From a virus (lineage: Duplodnaviria > Caudoviricetes), in IMG/VR virus record IMGVR_UViG_3300033148_005268, positions 1 through 53,314 of that record: a stretch of 53,314 nt of DNA, one strand, 5' to 3'. Shown piece after piece: positions 1-9,650 of this stretch. Numbering within the stretch: the stretch's first letter is position 1; every line of letters begins with the position of its first letter. Made by a program: the position numbers and the translations under genes. The notes beneath the pieces are model-generated. The model was given only the letters and a program-made list of their open reading frames with translations. It was not told where the DNA came from and ran no database searches.

Positions 1-114
1 AGGGTGAAGTTTCGTGTAAGTGGCGAGTTCGGCACAAAGATCATATACGGTACGAACCAGGCCAATGTCCGGGCCGGAAGCGGTGGCGATACCGCTACAA
101 CATCTGAGGTCCGG
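1..114. repeat. Terminal direct repeat (circular assembly overlap), identical to 53201-53314
   Basis: agggtgaagtttcgtgtaag...catctgaggtccgg is identical at both ends and the reading frame is continuous across the join. Confidence 0.97.
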
Positions 115-2850
115 GCGAGCGTGAACGAGGACTTCTGGGTCACGCACGACTTAACGCTTAGCAACTGGACTTCATCGACATACTATCTGAATTTCCTGGT
201 TGAGCAGGACCGCGACGGCACGCCCAGCTATAGTGGTAACGCGAATGTCTACACGCTTGAAACCTCGCTCGCGGCAAACAATAACCATCCGATTGCCACA
301 GCTTTGCCGCAGTATGGCCCTGTGCCAAGCAGTAGTGATGATTTCAAGGTCGCTACTAGCGGGGACATCCACGGCGGCGAGGACGCCAGCGACGAGTACA
401 CGTTCACTGGTACGGACTGCATACTCAACCATCAGATTTACCATTCAATCAGCGGCAAGAGCGTTGATTTGTTTTGTATGCAGGGCGATGAACACTCACG
501 GGATACATCGAACCTAAAAAAGTATCGTCGAGCCAGTAAGCGACGACGCGGGTACAACTGCGATGCCCGTTATTACCAGGAGCAGATTCTGTCGAAGCTG
601 CCCATAATGCGCTGGCTCTCGGACCACGACCACGCAGGCGGCAATAATTGCCATAAGTGCGGATCAAGTAATTATCCAAGCGTTAATTACTTGCCGGTGT
701 ACAATGCTACTGATGGAGCACGGGAATGCACGCCATTTCCTGACTTTACAATCCCGGATGACATTCAGCAATACGGCACTGGCGGGGCGGCTACGTATGT
801 GCAAGACGATAATCCGCCGGAGTTTTCCATCTCTTACACGGTCACGTCCGGGGACCCTGGCGATGACGATAACCCGACTGGTATCAATGCTGGTGTGAGC
901 GTAACCTGGGACAGCGGAGCGAGCAGTGGCACAGCGGTTGCCATTGACGACGCAAACAACAGGATGATCATAGAGTTCTCATCTGGCAGCTATCCAGCAG
1001 ACGGCGATGTCATAGTTGGCCCGACTTGGCAGGTTACGCAAAGCGGTAGCATCTCAATTCCAACTTGGAGCGTCTATGGCATTCACCCAGGCATGGTCTT
1101 TCATAGGCTTGCGGTCGTGAATTTTTCGTCTGGCAGCAATGAGCCAACGATTGGTGAAAAGATAACAGACACCACGGCGGGTGGCACGGCGATCTTGCGT
1201 GGGGTGGAGGTTACAACAGGCTCATGGGGCGCGAATAACGCGGGTGGGTGGTTCTGGGTAGAAAGCAAGACCGGTACATTCACATCAGGCAATCCGATTT
1301 CTGGCTCAATAACTGGCTCAATCGCAAATGTCGGCACAAGCGGGCACATAGCTGCTAGTCGTGGGCTTGTGACGAGCGTGTCAGACACGAAAATATATCA
1401 AGATGCCGGTAGCTTTTTGACGGGCCATAAGTGGTATCGCGTGCAGCGATTTGCACTATTCTACACCCAGACATTTGGCAATGCTTTGTTTGTCGTAATG
1501 GATGTCCGAACAAAGCGTGACCCAAATAGAACGCCCTGGGTAGATAAGCTGGACGGCACGGTCTTTGGGCCGCTTCAGGATAGCGCATATAAGGATACCG
1601 TTACAACTACAAGCGGTTGTACCACAACGAGCATCGTCTATACCGGCGATGACCCGGATATTGTGAAATGGGACGGAGTGTATGTGTCGTCGGTTTCCGG
1701 GCTTCAGTATTCGCTTGTTGAAGCGTTGGACACCACGACAAAGACAATCACGCTTTCCTGGGCGCTTGGTGCGGCGCCGGCGTCATCCGTGACAGTAGAA
1801 TTTTATGAGACCGGCGCAAGCGACCACGGCGGCGAATGGTCAGGTGGCACATGGGACACCAGCGGTTTTACTAATGAGCAAGCTGATGCGGCAAACATCA
1901 ACGCTGGCCATATCCAGCGGACGCTTGCTGAGCGAGCTATTAGAGACGCCACAGAAGATTGGCGCGTTGTCTGTGCTGAGACGCCACTGCATCATGGCGA
2001 TGCAGGAAATCAGGATAAGTGGAACGACTGTGACGGAAACTGCACATGGGTTAAGGCGAACCAGACGGCCGATTGGACGCAAGACGGCTCAAGCGATTAC
2101 TGGTATTACAATAATGCAACGCCATTCGGATCTGATCCGCCTGGCGGACTAACTCGTTCAGTGGACGGCCTCGCCGATATGATCCAAGAATATGTCGAAT
2201 GGGACACGGACGCGGCGACAACGCTTGGAACCGATTTGCGGAAATGGACCTGGAACTCATCAACGAAATACGTTTGGGTCTACGCTCCGAACGGCAACCC
2301 GGCAGGGCAGCTTGGCTCATCTCCTGGTAGCAACGAACACGACACGGCAGAATATATCAACATCTACTATCCGGAGTTCTGGAAGCGGGCTTGCACGCGA
2401 AAATACATCATAGAAAAATACGGGGGGTTTAATAGCTTCTGGTTTGGGTCAGATCACCATGTTTTCTTTGAAGATGATGCATCCCATGCTGATGACGGCT
2501 GGCCCTGCCTTGGGGCCTCGCCTCTGCACTGCCACCCGAAAAAATCCCATCAGTCAAAGGCGCAGTTTCTTGTTGACGGTGATACCGTCATTTACGAGCG
2601 CGGGGACGGCGAGGTCGGCGGCTCAACTCCTGTTATGGGCGCAGATCAGATCGGCGGTTTTGCCGTGATGGACTTCCAGAACAGCGACGACAAGGTGGTG
2701 ATAACGGGCTATGAGCGTGATGGTGGCGAGATAGTTCATAGTGGTACAAAGAGTGATTGTACGATGGAGATTATATTCAACCCTATCCTCATTGACGAGG
2801 GCTTCGAGGGCGCCGGTACGGAAGAAACCTGGACGGAGACCACGACTTAG
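1..2850 (+). CDS. 3' part of origin-spanning 1363-aa tail-module protein (starts 51959) with PhoD-like metallophosphoesterase domain
   Basis: Motifs SGDIH, MQGDEH, WLSDHDH, VVMDVRTKRD, WRVVCAETP..QDKW and FGSDHH occur in PhoD/calcineurin-like order, separated by beta-rich inserts; in frame with ATG 51959. Confidence 0.7.
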   Translation, partial: RVKFRVSGEFGTKIIYGTNQANVRAGSGGDTATTSEVRASVNEDFWVTHDLTLSNWTSSTYYLNFLVEQDRDGTPSYSGNANVYTLETSLAANNNHPIATALPQYGPVPSSSDDFKVATSGDIHGGEDASDEYTFTGTDCILNHQIYHSISGKSVDLFCMQGDEHSRDTSNLKKYRRASKRRRGYNCDARYYQEQILSKLPIMRWLSDHDHAGGNNCHKCGSSNYPSVNYLPVYNATDGARECTPFPDFTIPDDIQQYGTGGAATYVQDDNPPEFSISYTVTSGDPGDDDNPTGINAGVSVTWDSGASSGTAVAIDDANNRMIIEFSSGSYPADGDVIVGPTWQVTQSGSISIPTWSVYGIHPGMVFHRLAVVNFSSGSNEPTIGEKITDTTAGGTAILRGVEVTTGSWGANNAGGWFWVESKTGTFTSGNPISGSITGSIANVGTSGHIAASRGLVTSVSDTKIYQDAGSFLTGHKWYRVQRFALFYTQTFGNALFVVMDVRTKRDPNRTPWVDKLDGTVFGPLQDSAYKDTVTTTSGCTTTSIVYTGDDPDIVKWDGVYVSSVSGLQYSLVEALDTTTKTITLSWALGAAPASSVTVEFYETGASDHGGEWSGGTWDTSGFTNEQADAANINAGHIQRTLAERAIRDATEDWRVVCAETPLHHGDAGNQDKWNDCDGNCTWVKANQTADWTQDGSSDYWYYNNATPFGSDPPGGLTRSVDGLADMIQEYVEWDTDAATTLGTDLRKWTWNSSTKYVWVYAPNGNPAGQLGSSPGSNEHDTAEYINIYYPEFWKRACTRKYIIEKYGGFNSFWFGSDHHVFFEDDASHADDGWPCLGASPLHCHPKKSHQSKAQFLVDGDTVIYERGDGEVGGSTPVMGADQIGGFAVMDFQNSDDKVVITGYERDGGEIVHSGTKSDCTMEIIFNPILIDEGFEGAGTEETWTETTT

Positions 2851-4116
2851 ATGGCAGGGACATTAACATACGACAACACCACCCCGACGCCGCCTGAGGG
2901 CAGCCAGTGCATGATGGCGGAGGTGACTTCGGGCTCCGCGAATGCTTATATCACACGCTCGAGGGTCAATGCCAAGACTAGTTTCGTGCATCAACATCTT
3001 TACGTCGATGCTGAAGGCCTTGCAGACACAGAAGAATTCAAGACCCTTCAGGTCCTTGACTCAAGCGACAACATAGCAGCATATATCAGGATCTATGACG
3101 ACTCCGGCACGCTGAAATACGACTTCTACTGCTACGACGGGAGCCTTACGGCAAAGGTCACAGGGCAAACACTGAGCCTTCAGACTTGGTACGAGTTCGA
3201 GTACAAGTACGACATCGACGGCGAGGCCTGGGAGCTTAGGCTTGACGGAAGCTCAGTAGATAGTGGCAGCATCGGCGGCGCAACGCGCACGCCACGCAAA
3301 GTCAGCACCGGGATCATAGGATGCACGGGCTCCGGCACGACACGGGTCTATATTGATGATGTGGTGTGGCGCACGGATAATTGGCAAAGCGCTTATGTAA
3401 CTTCGGGGTCTCTTGCCCTAAGTGTAATATCCAGCCTAAGTGATACAGCTCTTGCTTCCAGCTCTGGCAGCCTATCTCTTGCGGCCCTGCTGGCACTCTC
3501 GGAAATTGGCTTGGGCTCCACGTATGGCGCTCTTGGGCTAGGAGCGATTTCTACAACCTCACAATCGTCTCTAGCAAGCGCACTATCTTCTTTAACGCTG
3601 TCTGGCATCGCGACCGAGCAGCATATAGGAGTCGCGGATTCTGCCGGCTTATTAAGCCTACAAGCGATCGCAACTATCGCGCAGGTTGGAGCGAATGTGA
3701 TCTTGGCCTCACTAGCTTTAGGTGCATCTGCAGGACAATCGCAGCTTTCAATTGCGACGGCTGTCGGCGACACCACGCTGGCTGGAGGTCTTGGGCTCTC
3801 GAACCAAGGCACAGCGCAAACTCTCGCTACTGTTTCGATGCCAGTCAGTGCGGTAATCACGGAATCCGCAATAGCACAAGCAATAGCAGATACCTCGTTG
3901 GGTGCAATTCTGACCCAGGCCCAAACAGGCTCACTAGGCGCAATAGTCGCAGCGACCTTTGCTGCTGCGGCTCAGGCAGGTCTAATAACCTCTGCCACAA
4001 AGACAGTCACTGTAGCTACGACATTCGACGTCGGCGGCGAAAGCGTGCCGGATACGCTCCTGGATGTCGATGGCAGGCTGTATAGAAGAATCAACGATAA
4101 GTTAATTCCATTATAG
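2851..4116 (+). CDS. Tail appendage protein: ConA/lectin-like N-domain plus Ala/Ser/Leu/Gly-rich repeat shaft
   Basis: 421-aa ORF; TWYEFEY...VYIDDV pattern; repeated SLAL/GAI-type segments; in frame with the preceding TAG. Confidence 0.6.
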   Translation: MAGTLTYDNTTPTPPEGSQCMMAEVTSGSANAYITRSRVNAKTSFVHQHLYVDAEGLADTEEFKTLQVLDSSDNIAAYIRIYDDSGTLKYDFYCYDGSLTAKVTGQTLSLQTWYEFEYKYDIDGEAWELRLDGSSVDSGSIGGATRTPRKVSTGIIGCTGSGTTRVYIDDVVWRTDNWQSAYVTSGSLALSVISSLSDTALASSSGSLSLAALLALSEIGLGSTYGALGLGAISTTSQSSLASALSSLTLSGIATEQHIGVADSAGLLSLQAIATIAQVGANVILASLALGASAGQSQLSIATAVGDTTLAGGLGLSNQGTAQTLATVSMPVSAVITESAIAQAIADTSLGAILTQAQTGSLGAIVAATFAAAAQAGLITSATKTVTVATTFDVGGESVPDTLLDVDGRLYRRINDKLIPL

Positions 4117-4129
4117 GAGGACATGCAGA

Positions 4130-4693
4130 ATGCACAACGAAACTAGCGCAAGCATAGGAATGCAAGCAAGCGCAAAACGGAAAGCCACTAATGGCATGCG
4201 AGTCTTCGCAAAAGACATCTTCCATATCACTTGCCGAGACAAGTGCGGCCGTGTCAAATGGACCGACACTGTCGAGAATCTCGTAGTGAATGAGGGCTTG
4301 GACGACTTGCTGGATAAATACTTTAAGGGCTCGTCATACACCGCAGCACATTACGTGGGCCTTACTGACGGCACACCGACGGTCGCGGCTGCTGACACAA
4401 TGGCTAGCCATGCTGGGTGGTCCGAGGTTACGGCTTATGACGAAGCTAATAGGCCGTCATTTACGCCCGGTTCGGTAAGTGGTCAGTCCGTAGACAACTC
4501 AGCCTCTAAGGCCACTTTCACCATCAGCACAAACAGCACCACAATCGGCGGGTGCTTTTTGACTACTGACAACACAAAGAGCGGCACGAGTGGTACTCTC
4601 TATGGCGCAGGGGCTTTTAGTGCTGGCGATAAGACCCTTGACGACAATGACACACTTGAGGTGACCGTGACATGCACTACGTCGGCGAGCTAG
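4130..4693 (+). CDS. Putative virion structural / tail-fibre-associated protein
   Basis: 187 aa, AGGAGG RBS upstream, Thr/Ser/Gly-rich beta protein in tail module. Confidence 0.6.
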   Translation: MHNETSASIGMQASAKRKATNGMRVFAKDIFHITCRDKCGRVKWTDTVENLVVNEGLDDLLDKYFKGSSYTAAHYVGLTDGTPTVAAADTMASHAGWSEVTAYDEANRPSFTPGSVSGQSVDNSASKATFTISTNSTTIGGCFLTTDNTKSGTSGTLYGAGAFSAGDKTLDDNDTLEVTVTCTTSAS

Positions 4694-4989
4694 TCCTAGC
4701 TCTAAGCTTGGTCCTCCTTGTTTGGAGCGCCAACACGGAAAGCGACCTGGCTGGCTACCGACTCTACTGGCGGCCATTCGGTGGTCATTGGGAGCAAGTC
4801 TGGCAAGGCACTAGCACGAGCGCAAGGGTTAGCGTCGATGAGGGCGAGCTGGCTGTGGGTGCCTTCGATCTTGCTGGCAACGAGAGCACGCCGAGCAACA
4901 TCGTGCGCTATTTGCGCTGCGATCTCGATGGAGACGGAGATTGCGACGGAATAGACTTGAGTCTATTTGGAAGGAGTTTTGGGAGATGA
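4672..4989 (+). CDS. Small FN3-like protein with dockerin/EF-hand-like tail
   Basis: WSANTESDLAGYRLYW...AFDLAGNESTPS (FN3-like) followed by DLDGDGDCDGIDLSLF (Ca-binding dockerin-like). Confidence 0.6.
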   Translation: MHYVGELVLALSLVLLVWSANTESDLAGYRLYWRPFGGHWEQVWQGTSTSARVSVDEGELAVGAFDLAGNESTPSNIVRYLRCDLDGDGDCDGIDLSLFGRSFGR

Positions 4990-7900
4990 AAAAACTCTTG
5001 CTAATAACGCTTTGCTTCTTGCTCCTGACTAGAGTTGCGTACAGCGCAGAAAGTCTCGACGAGCTTGAAGCCAGAACATCTAGGAAATCAACAAACACGT
5101 TTTACTCTGGGGAGGACTCTGGCAACTACTATATTTGGCAGCCACAGACGGCGATATACAAAGACACCAGCACGAATCACGAGGTATGGATATGGACACA
5201 AACGAATGACAAGTCTACATTAGGAACGCGCTATTCAGCTACAGAATATAACTGGCAACCTTGGAGTGCCGACGGAAAGAGAATCGCCTTTTATCAGGAT
5301 GTTGATACTAACGCATATACAAGATCAGGGCATCCGTGGTTTGTCGCGCGTTCTGACGGTTCATATTGGCGCCCAGCACACGAGTCCGCTGCACGGGCAA
5401 GTACGATGAGATTCTACTACGATTGGTCTCCCATTATCCAGGACGTCGCGTATGCAACTGGTGCAAACTACGATGGCAACACGGGGCTTGACGAAAACGC
5501 TGTTTATCGTGAGGTACATACAGACACCTCGATAACATCGACTTTGATAATAGATATGATTCCTGGAGATACTACGACAGAGCGGCTCGGCGGACTTAAG
5601 GATAGAATTACTGGCGACGGGTTGTACCTTGTTGAAGGCAACTATCTAGAGGACGAACCGTACTATGTGGTTCAGGTCGAGCCTGCAGGATCTAGGCAAC
5701 TAAAAGTAAGCTGGGATCTACCAGCCCTTGATACATATTGGTACAGTACAGTAAACCCAGCCGATGGCCACGCACACGATGAAGGTATTGTAGGCAACTC
5801 CGCACATGGCTATGTAATGTATTTTATGCCTTCCGGTGCTTCTGTATGGTGGAGAATACACCTTTGGGGATCGGATGGCAATGCGCCGAATCACGTGCAG
5901 GACCATACATCTTCTGGCGCACCTGGATACTACTCGTGGTGGAATGATGACGGTCTTGGGTGGGATTGTCCTACCGCTCAAGCCGATAAAGAAGTCCAGG
6001 TGGTTGGTGATGAGTACGGGCAATCTCAAGGAAACTATCCGGCGTTTACAACTGACGCGAGGCTGAGCCATAGTGCATTCGACAGATGGGGGACCCATGT
6101 TGTTTACAGCGACGTAGAAGCATCGCCAATAGGTCCAGCTTGCTTAGATATTGGCAGCTACACAAGAGTAGGCTACAACTCGAATCCTGGCGGAAATCAG
6201 TATTCGTCATACACTGGCTGGAGTGATTATTTCGTGAGCGCCGCAGGGGCTCCTGCTGCTGTTATGGTGGCGACGAAGTATAACTCAACAACTGCTGCAG
6301 ACCACATAACGGTTGGCGAAAGTCACACCAGCACGACAGGTGACTTCCAAAACCCAGGCCAATCACCTGACGGCACCAAGATGGTGTTCAGAACAGATTG
6401 GCTGCAACCCACCTCTGGCAATGCGGACTTGCTGGTGGGTGTTGTGTACTATCCGTATCCACCAGAAATAACGCAGTGTTCTGCTACTGGCGGCACTGTA
6501 ACAACAAGGTTCGACTGGCGTCTTGATCAAGCAAATCCGCGCGGTTATACTACCAGGGGCTGGCCTGATGAAGATGACGATGATCCTCCTCCGCCGCGTG
6601 AAATCGAAAAATTCAGACTATGGCGTTCTTCTGATAAGTCAACGTGGGTGCCAATCGGTACAGTTGATCACAGCATATTCTCCAGGTACGATTTTTCAGA
6701 TGGAACATGGGATGGAAATAGTTACTGGGAGATTACCGATACCCCAGGAAACGGCACTTGGTACTATGCCATAACATCAGTTGAGTGGTCTGGATTGGAG
6801 AGCCGCACATTGAGCAACATTTACTCAATTACTGTCTCTGGCGGCTCGGGCACAGGCTCGCAGGACACTGCATATCCATCTAGCCCCGGGGACCTCGACG
6901 ACATCTCGACATCAGACTTCTATACGTCATTCTCGTCAAGCTATCCAGAGCTGATAAGATATTATAATGTCTACGCAGAGGACGGCTCTGCACCTACGGT
7001 TTCCCAGACGAACAGAATTGCGTCAATATCTGTAAACGCTTGCTCTGATGGATCGTGCTCATGGGTTGATTGGCTTGGAAACACTGGCGGGACTACTCAA
7101 TATGTTGTTACGGCAGTTGACACACAGGGGAATGAGAGTGCTTCAGATTATGTTACTAACCAAGCATACACGCATAAAAAATCTCCTGCTACTGCTGATG
7201 GGCAATACACTATTGAGTGGGATGACATGTCTGCAGCTGGATCAGCGAGCGGGGCAACGTATTACGTTTGTGAAGGCGGAACAGGCGATGGCTCCAGTGC
7301 AGCACAATGTATGGACGATTCTAGTATTTCTTATGATGGCAGCGATACGTATCTACTAAAACGAGGCGACACATTCTGGGGCTCGCAATATTTTTATTGC
7401 ACAACCAACAATGAAACTTGGAGCACTTATGGCTCCGGCGATAGGCCGATTATTACAAGCCGGAAACAGGTAACTGGCTCATGGACAGACGACGGTGCTG
7501 GTAATTATTACATAGACGTTGGTGCCGGCCCCAGTAATTTCTATGCTTCTCCAGCTGGCACAACCTGGGCGGCAGAAGAAACGTATCATGGATCTTCGAC
7601 AACGGACCCAGATGACGGAAAATGGTCATATGTCGGAACGATCATCTATTACGACCCGTCAGATTCAGATCCGGTTCCTGGCTCAGGCGTGTTTCAGTAT
7701 ACACCCGAAGCTTACAACAGGGGAATGAAGTTGACAGGAACGGGCGGCTCGGTCACTGGCATCCGATTTGCTTACTGTGGGATTCACGGTGCTTGGGTTG
7801 ACGGCGAAGCCGGCGTAGCGGCTTCTGCCGACTTTACTGATTGCTATTTTGACCACAACGGTCAGACCACAGTAAGCAAATCGGGGAACGCTATGGGCAA

Positions 7901-8888
7901 CGGCTTATGCTATGAAGAAAAAGCAAGCGGGATCGTCTCAAACTGTATAGCAGAATACAATGAAGATTTTGGGATTAACTGTGAAGAAAACGACGGTGAC
8001 GCGAATAACTACCCATCTTTAATAGTGACCAACTCCACATCCAGATATAACAAAGACACAGGCTTTGTTTGTCAAGGTGAGACAGATGGGCTTGAAACAG
8101 AGATGTCGTATTTATCTCTGACCAACTGCGTTTCTCATGACAATGGACAAAGTGCTGGCCTGAGCGGTCATGGGGTTAAGTTCTTTTGGGGCTATGGAGA
8201 CATTTCAGGCTGTCTCATATATAATAACCATGAGGCTGGCATCTATCTTCAGCGTTGTGAATCTACTACGCTTGAAACGACAATAGAGAACTGCATTATT
8301 TTTGACAACAACCAAGGCTCAAACGCAGACGCAGACGATACTTCTGCGATTACGATCTGGGGCACATATGAACCGACAATGAATATTTATAACAATACCT
8401 TTTACGGTCAAGCTAGGGGATTCAGGAGTGGCGGAACAGCGACAGTGGCATACGTGCTTAACTTCAAGAATAATATATCTGTCGCCCCAACGCTAGCGTT
8501 TGACTTCGATAACCATGACTTGAAGGCTGGCTCTAGTATAGATACCAATTGTTATTGGGATTCTGATGGTGCTGGCGGAAATATAATTGCATATGATCTT
8601 GATGGCATAGGTGGGACTTACACAACGGCACAAATCAGTACATGGAACGCACTTGATGCTATGATTGGTACGGACATTTCTTCCAACCCCCTCTTCATCT
8701 CCAGCTCGCCGAGTCGGGCCTGGCAGTTCAACATAAAATACAAGAGTCCGTGTAGGAGCGCTGGAACGGACCTATCTGGTACATTTACGACAGACTATTA
8801 TGGTACACACCGCCCGATTGGGAGCGGGTGGGATATTGGCGCGATTGAGTGGACGCTGATGCGTTCGCCGCTTGGACGATTTGATTAG
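4986..8888 (+). CDS. ~1300-aa multidomain protein: signal peptide, beta-propeller, FN3-like, right-handed beta-helix, choice-of-anchor-Q-like end (depolymerase/adhesin-like)
   Basis: MKKLLLITLCFLLLTRVAYSA; WSADGKRIAF and QSPDGTKMVF propeller motifs; NC..YNN..G helix repeats; SPCRSAG...DYYG..RP.GSGWDIGAIEW. Confidence 0.7.
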   Translation: MKKLLLITLCFLLLTRVAYSAESLDELEARTSRKSTNTFYSGEDSGNYYIWQPQTAIYKDTSTNHEVWIWTQTNDKSTLGTRYSATEYNWQPWSADGKRIAFYQDVDTNAYTRSGHPWFVARSDGSYWRPAHESAARASTMRFYYDWSPIIQDVAYATGANYDGNTGLDENAVYREVHTDTSITSTLIIDMIPGDTTTERLGGLKDRITGDGLYLVEGNYLEDEPYYVVQVEPAGSRQLKVSWDLPALDTYWYSTVNPADGHAHDEGIVGNSAHGYVMYFMPSGASVWWRIHLWGSDGNAPNHVQDHTSSGAPGYYSWWNDDGLGWDCPTAQADKEVQVVGDEYGQSQGNYPAFTTDARLSHSAFDRWGTHVVYSDVEASPIGPACLDIGSYTRVGYNSNPGGNQYSSYTGWSDYFVSAAGAPAAVMVATKYNSTTAADHITVGESHTSTTGDFQNPGQSPDGTKMVFRTDWLQPTSGNADLLVGVVYYPYPPEITQCSATGGTVTTRFDWRLDQANPRGYTTRGWPDEDDDDPPPPREIEKFRLWRSSDKSTWVPIGTVDHSIFSRYDFSDGTWDGNSYWEITDTPGNGTWYYAITSVEWSGLESRTLSNIYSITVSGGSGTGSQDTAYPSSPGDLDDISTSDFYTSFSSSYPELIRYYNVYAEDGSAPTVSQTNRIASISVNACSDGSCSWVDWLGNTGGTTQYVVTAVDTQGNESASDYVTNQAYTHKKSPATADGQYTIEWDDMSAAGSASGATYYVCEGGTGDGSSAAQCMDDSSISYDGSDTYLLKRGDTFWGSQYFYCTTNNETWSTYGSGDRPIITSRKQVTGSWTDDGAGNYYIDVGAGPSNFYASPAGTTWAAEETYHGSSTTDPDDGKWSYVGTIIYYDPSDSDPVPGSGVFQYTPEAYNRGMKLTGTGGSVTGIRFAYCGIHGAWVDGEAGVAASADFTDCYFDHNGQTTVSKSGNAMGNGLCYEEKASGIVSNCIAEYNEDFGINCEENDGDANNYPSLIVTNSTSRYNKDTGFVCQGETDGLETEMSYLSLTNCVSHDNGQSAGLSGHGVKFFWGYGDISGCLIYNNHEAGIYLQRCESTTLETTIENCIIFDNNQGSNADADDTSAITIWGTYEPTMNIYNNTFYGQARGFRSGGTATVAYVLNFKNNISVAPTLAFDFDNHDLKAGSSIDTNCYWDSDGAGGNIIAYDLDGIGGTYTTAQISTWNALDAMIGTDISSNPLFISSSPSRAWQFNIKYKSPCRSAGTDLSGTFTTDYYGTHRPIGSGWDIGAIEWTLMRSPLGRFD

Positions 8889-8913
8889 AGTTGATAAGGA
8901 GCTGTGTAGTACA

Positions 8914-9207
8914 ATGGAGCTTTCATCTGAGGCGGTAGTTGGAGCGGTTACAATACTAGGAGGTGCTGTCGTGTTACTTAATCGTGTAGGCTGGCTTAGG
9001 ATTGGAGGAAATAACAACAACAAGAAAGGGAACGGAAAGTGCCCGGACCCCGACTGTCATGGCAAGGTCATTGAGTGCCATGACACAATGATCTCGATGA
9101 AGGCCTCCATTGAGGGCCTGAGTGATACCCAGAGGTTGCTTTTGGAGAATTACACGGGCGTGAAGGAGGACATCGCGTTTATACGCGGTAAGCTGGAAAG
9201 CAGCTAA
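8914..9207 (+). CDS. Holin-like / single-TM coiled-coil lysis protein
   Basis: N-terminal hydrophobic helix then coiled coil ending VKEDIAFIRGKL; precedes endolysin. Confidence 0.5.
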   Translation: MELSSEAVVGAVTILGGAVVLLNRVGWLRIGGNNNNKKGNGKCPDPDCHGKVIECHDTMISMKASIEGLSDTQRLLLENYTGVKEDIAFIRGKLESS

Positions 9208-9208
9208 G

Positions 9209-9412
9209 ATGAGTCCTCGATCTGATACGGATCCGCTTGACGATTTTGCGGACCAGGTACGGCACCACACGTGCCTGGTTGAGTATTGGCTGAGGAAGCT
9301 TGTTAAAGAGCTAAGGAGTTGCCCATATGCTTCTAAAGATGGGAGTAAGTGTAAGGCGCTTGCGAAGGCGAATAAGAAGGGCCCTTCCGGCCGTGGAGGG
9401 CATATTCCGTGA
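9209..9412 (+). CDS. Hypothetical protein (overlaps endolysin start)
   Basis: 67-aa ORF abutting the previous stop. Confidence 0.35.
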   Translation: MSPRSDTDPLDDFADQVRHHTCLVEYWLRKLVKELRSCPYASKDGSKCKALAKANKKGPSGRGGHIP

Positions 9413-9650
9413 GTTCGGATACGAGGCAGTTCTTACTAGCACTGATGAAGGAAATCATTCTCCTGGGTCTCTTCATTACGCTGGCCTTGCTGTGGATGTG
9501 CGCCTTCCGCCCGATAACGAAATGGCTATTGTGGCGAAGCTGAAGGTAAAGCTCGGGCATGATTACGATGTCGTGCATGAATCGAATCATATCCATATTG
9601 AGTACGATCCGAAGAGCCTTGGCAATACAAATGGGCGGTATCCGAAATGA
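9327..9650 (+). CDS. Endolysin, Zn peptidase M15/Hedgehog-DD-peptidase fold
   Basis: H-SPGSLHYAGLAVD and NHIHIEYD motifs; AAGGAG RBS. Confidence 0.75.
   Translation: MLLKMGVSVRRLRRRIRRALPAVEGIFREFGYEAVLTSTDEGNHSPGSLHYAGLAVDVRLPPDNEMAIVAKLKVKLGHDYDVVHESNHIHIEYDPKSLGNTNGRYPK

Noticed and set aside
2848-2850. Genome-wide TAG recoding or a phage amber suppressor tRNA
   Set aside because: TAG ends several genes normally (terL 29929, 37029, 42254, 49379, 50433) and no CUA-anticodon tRNA was found
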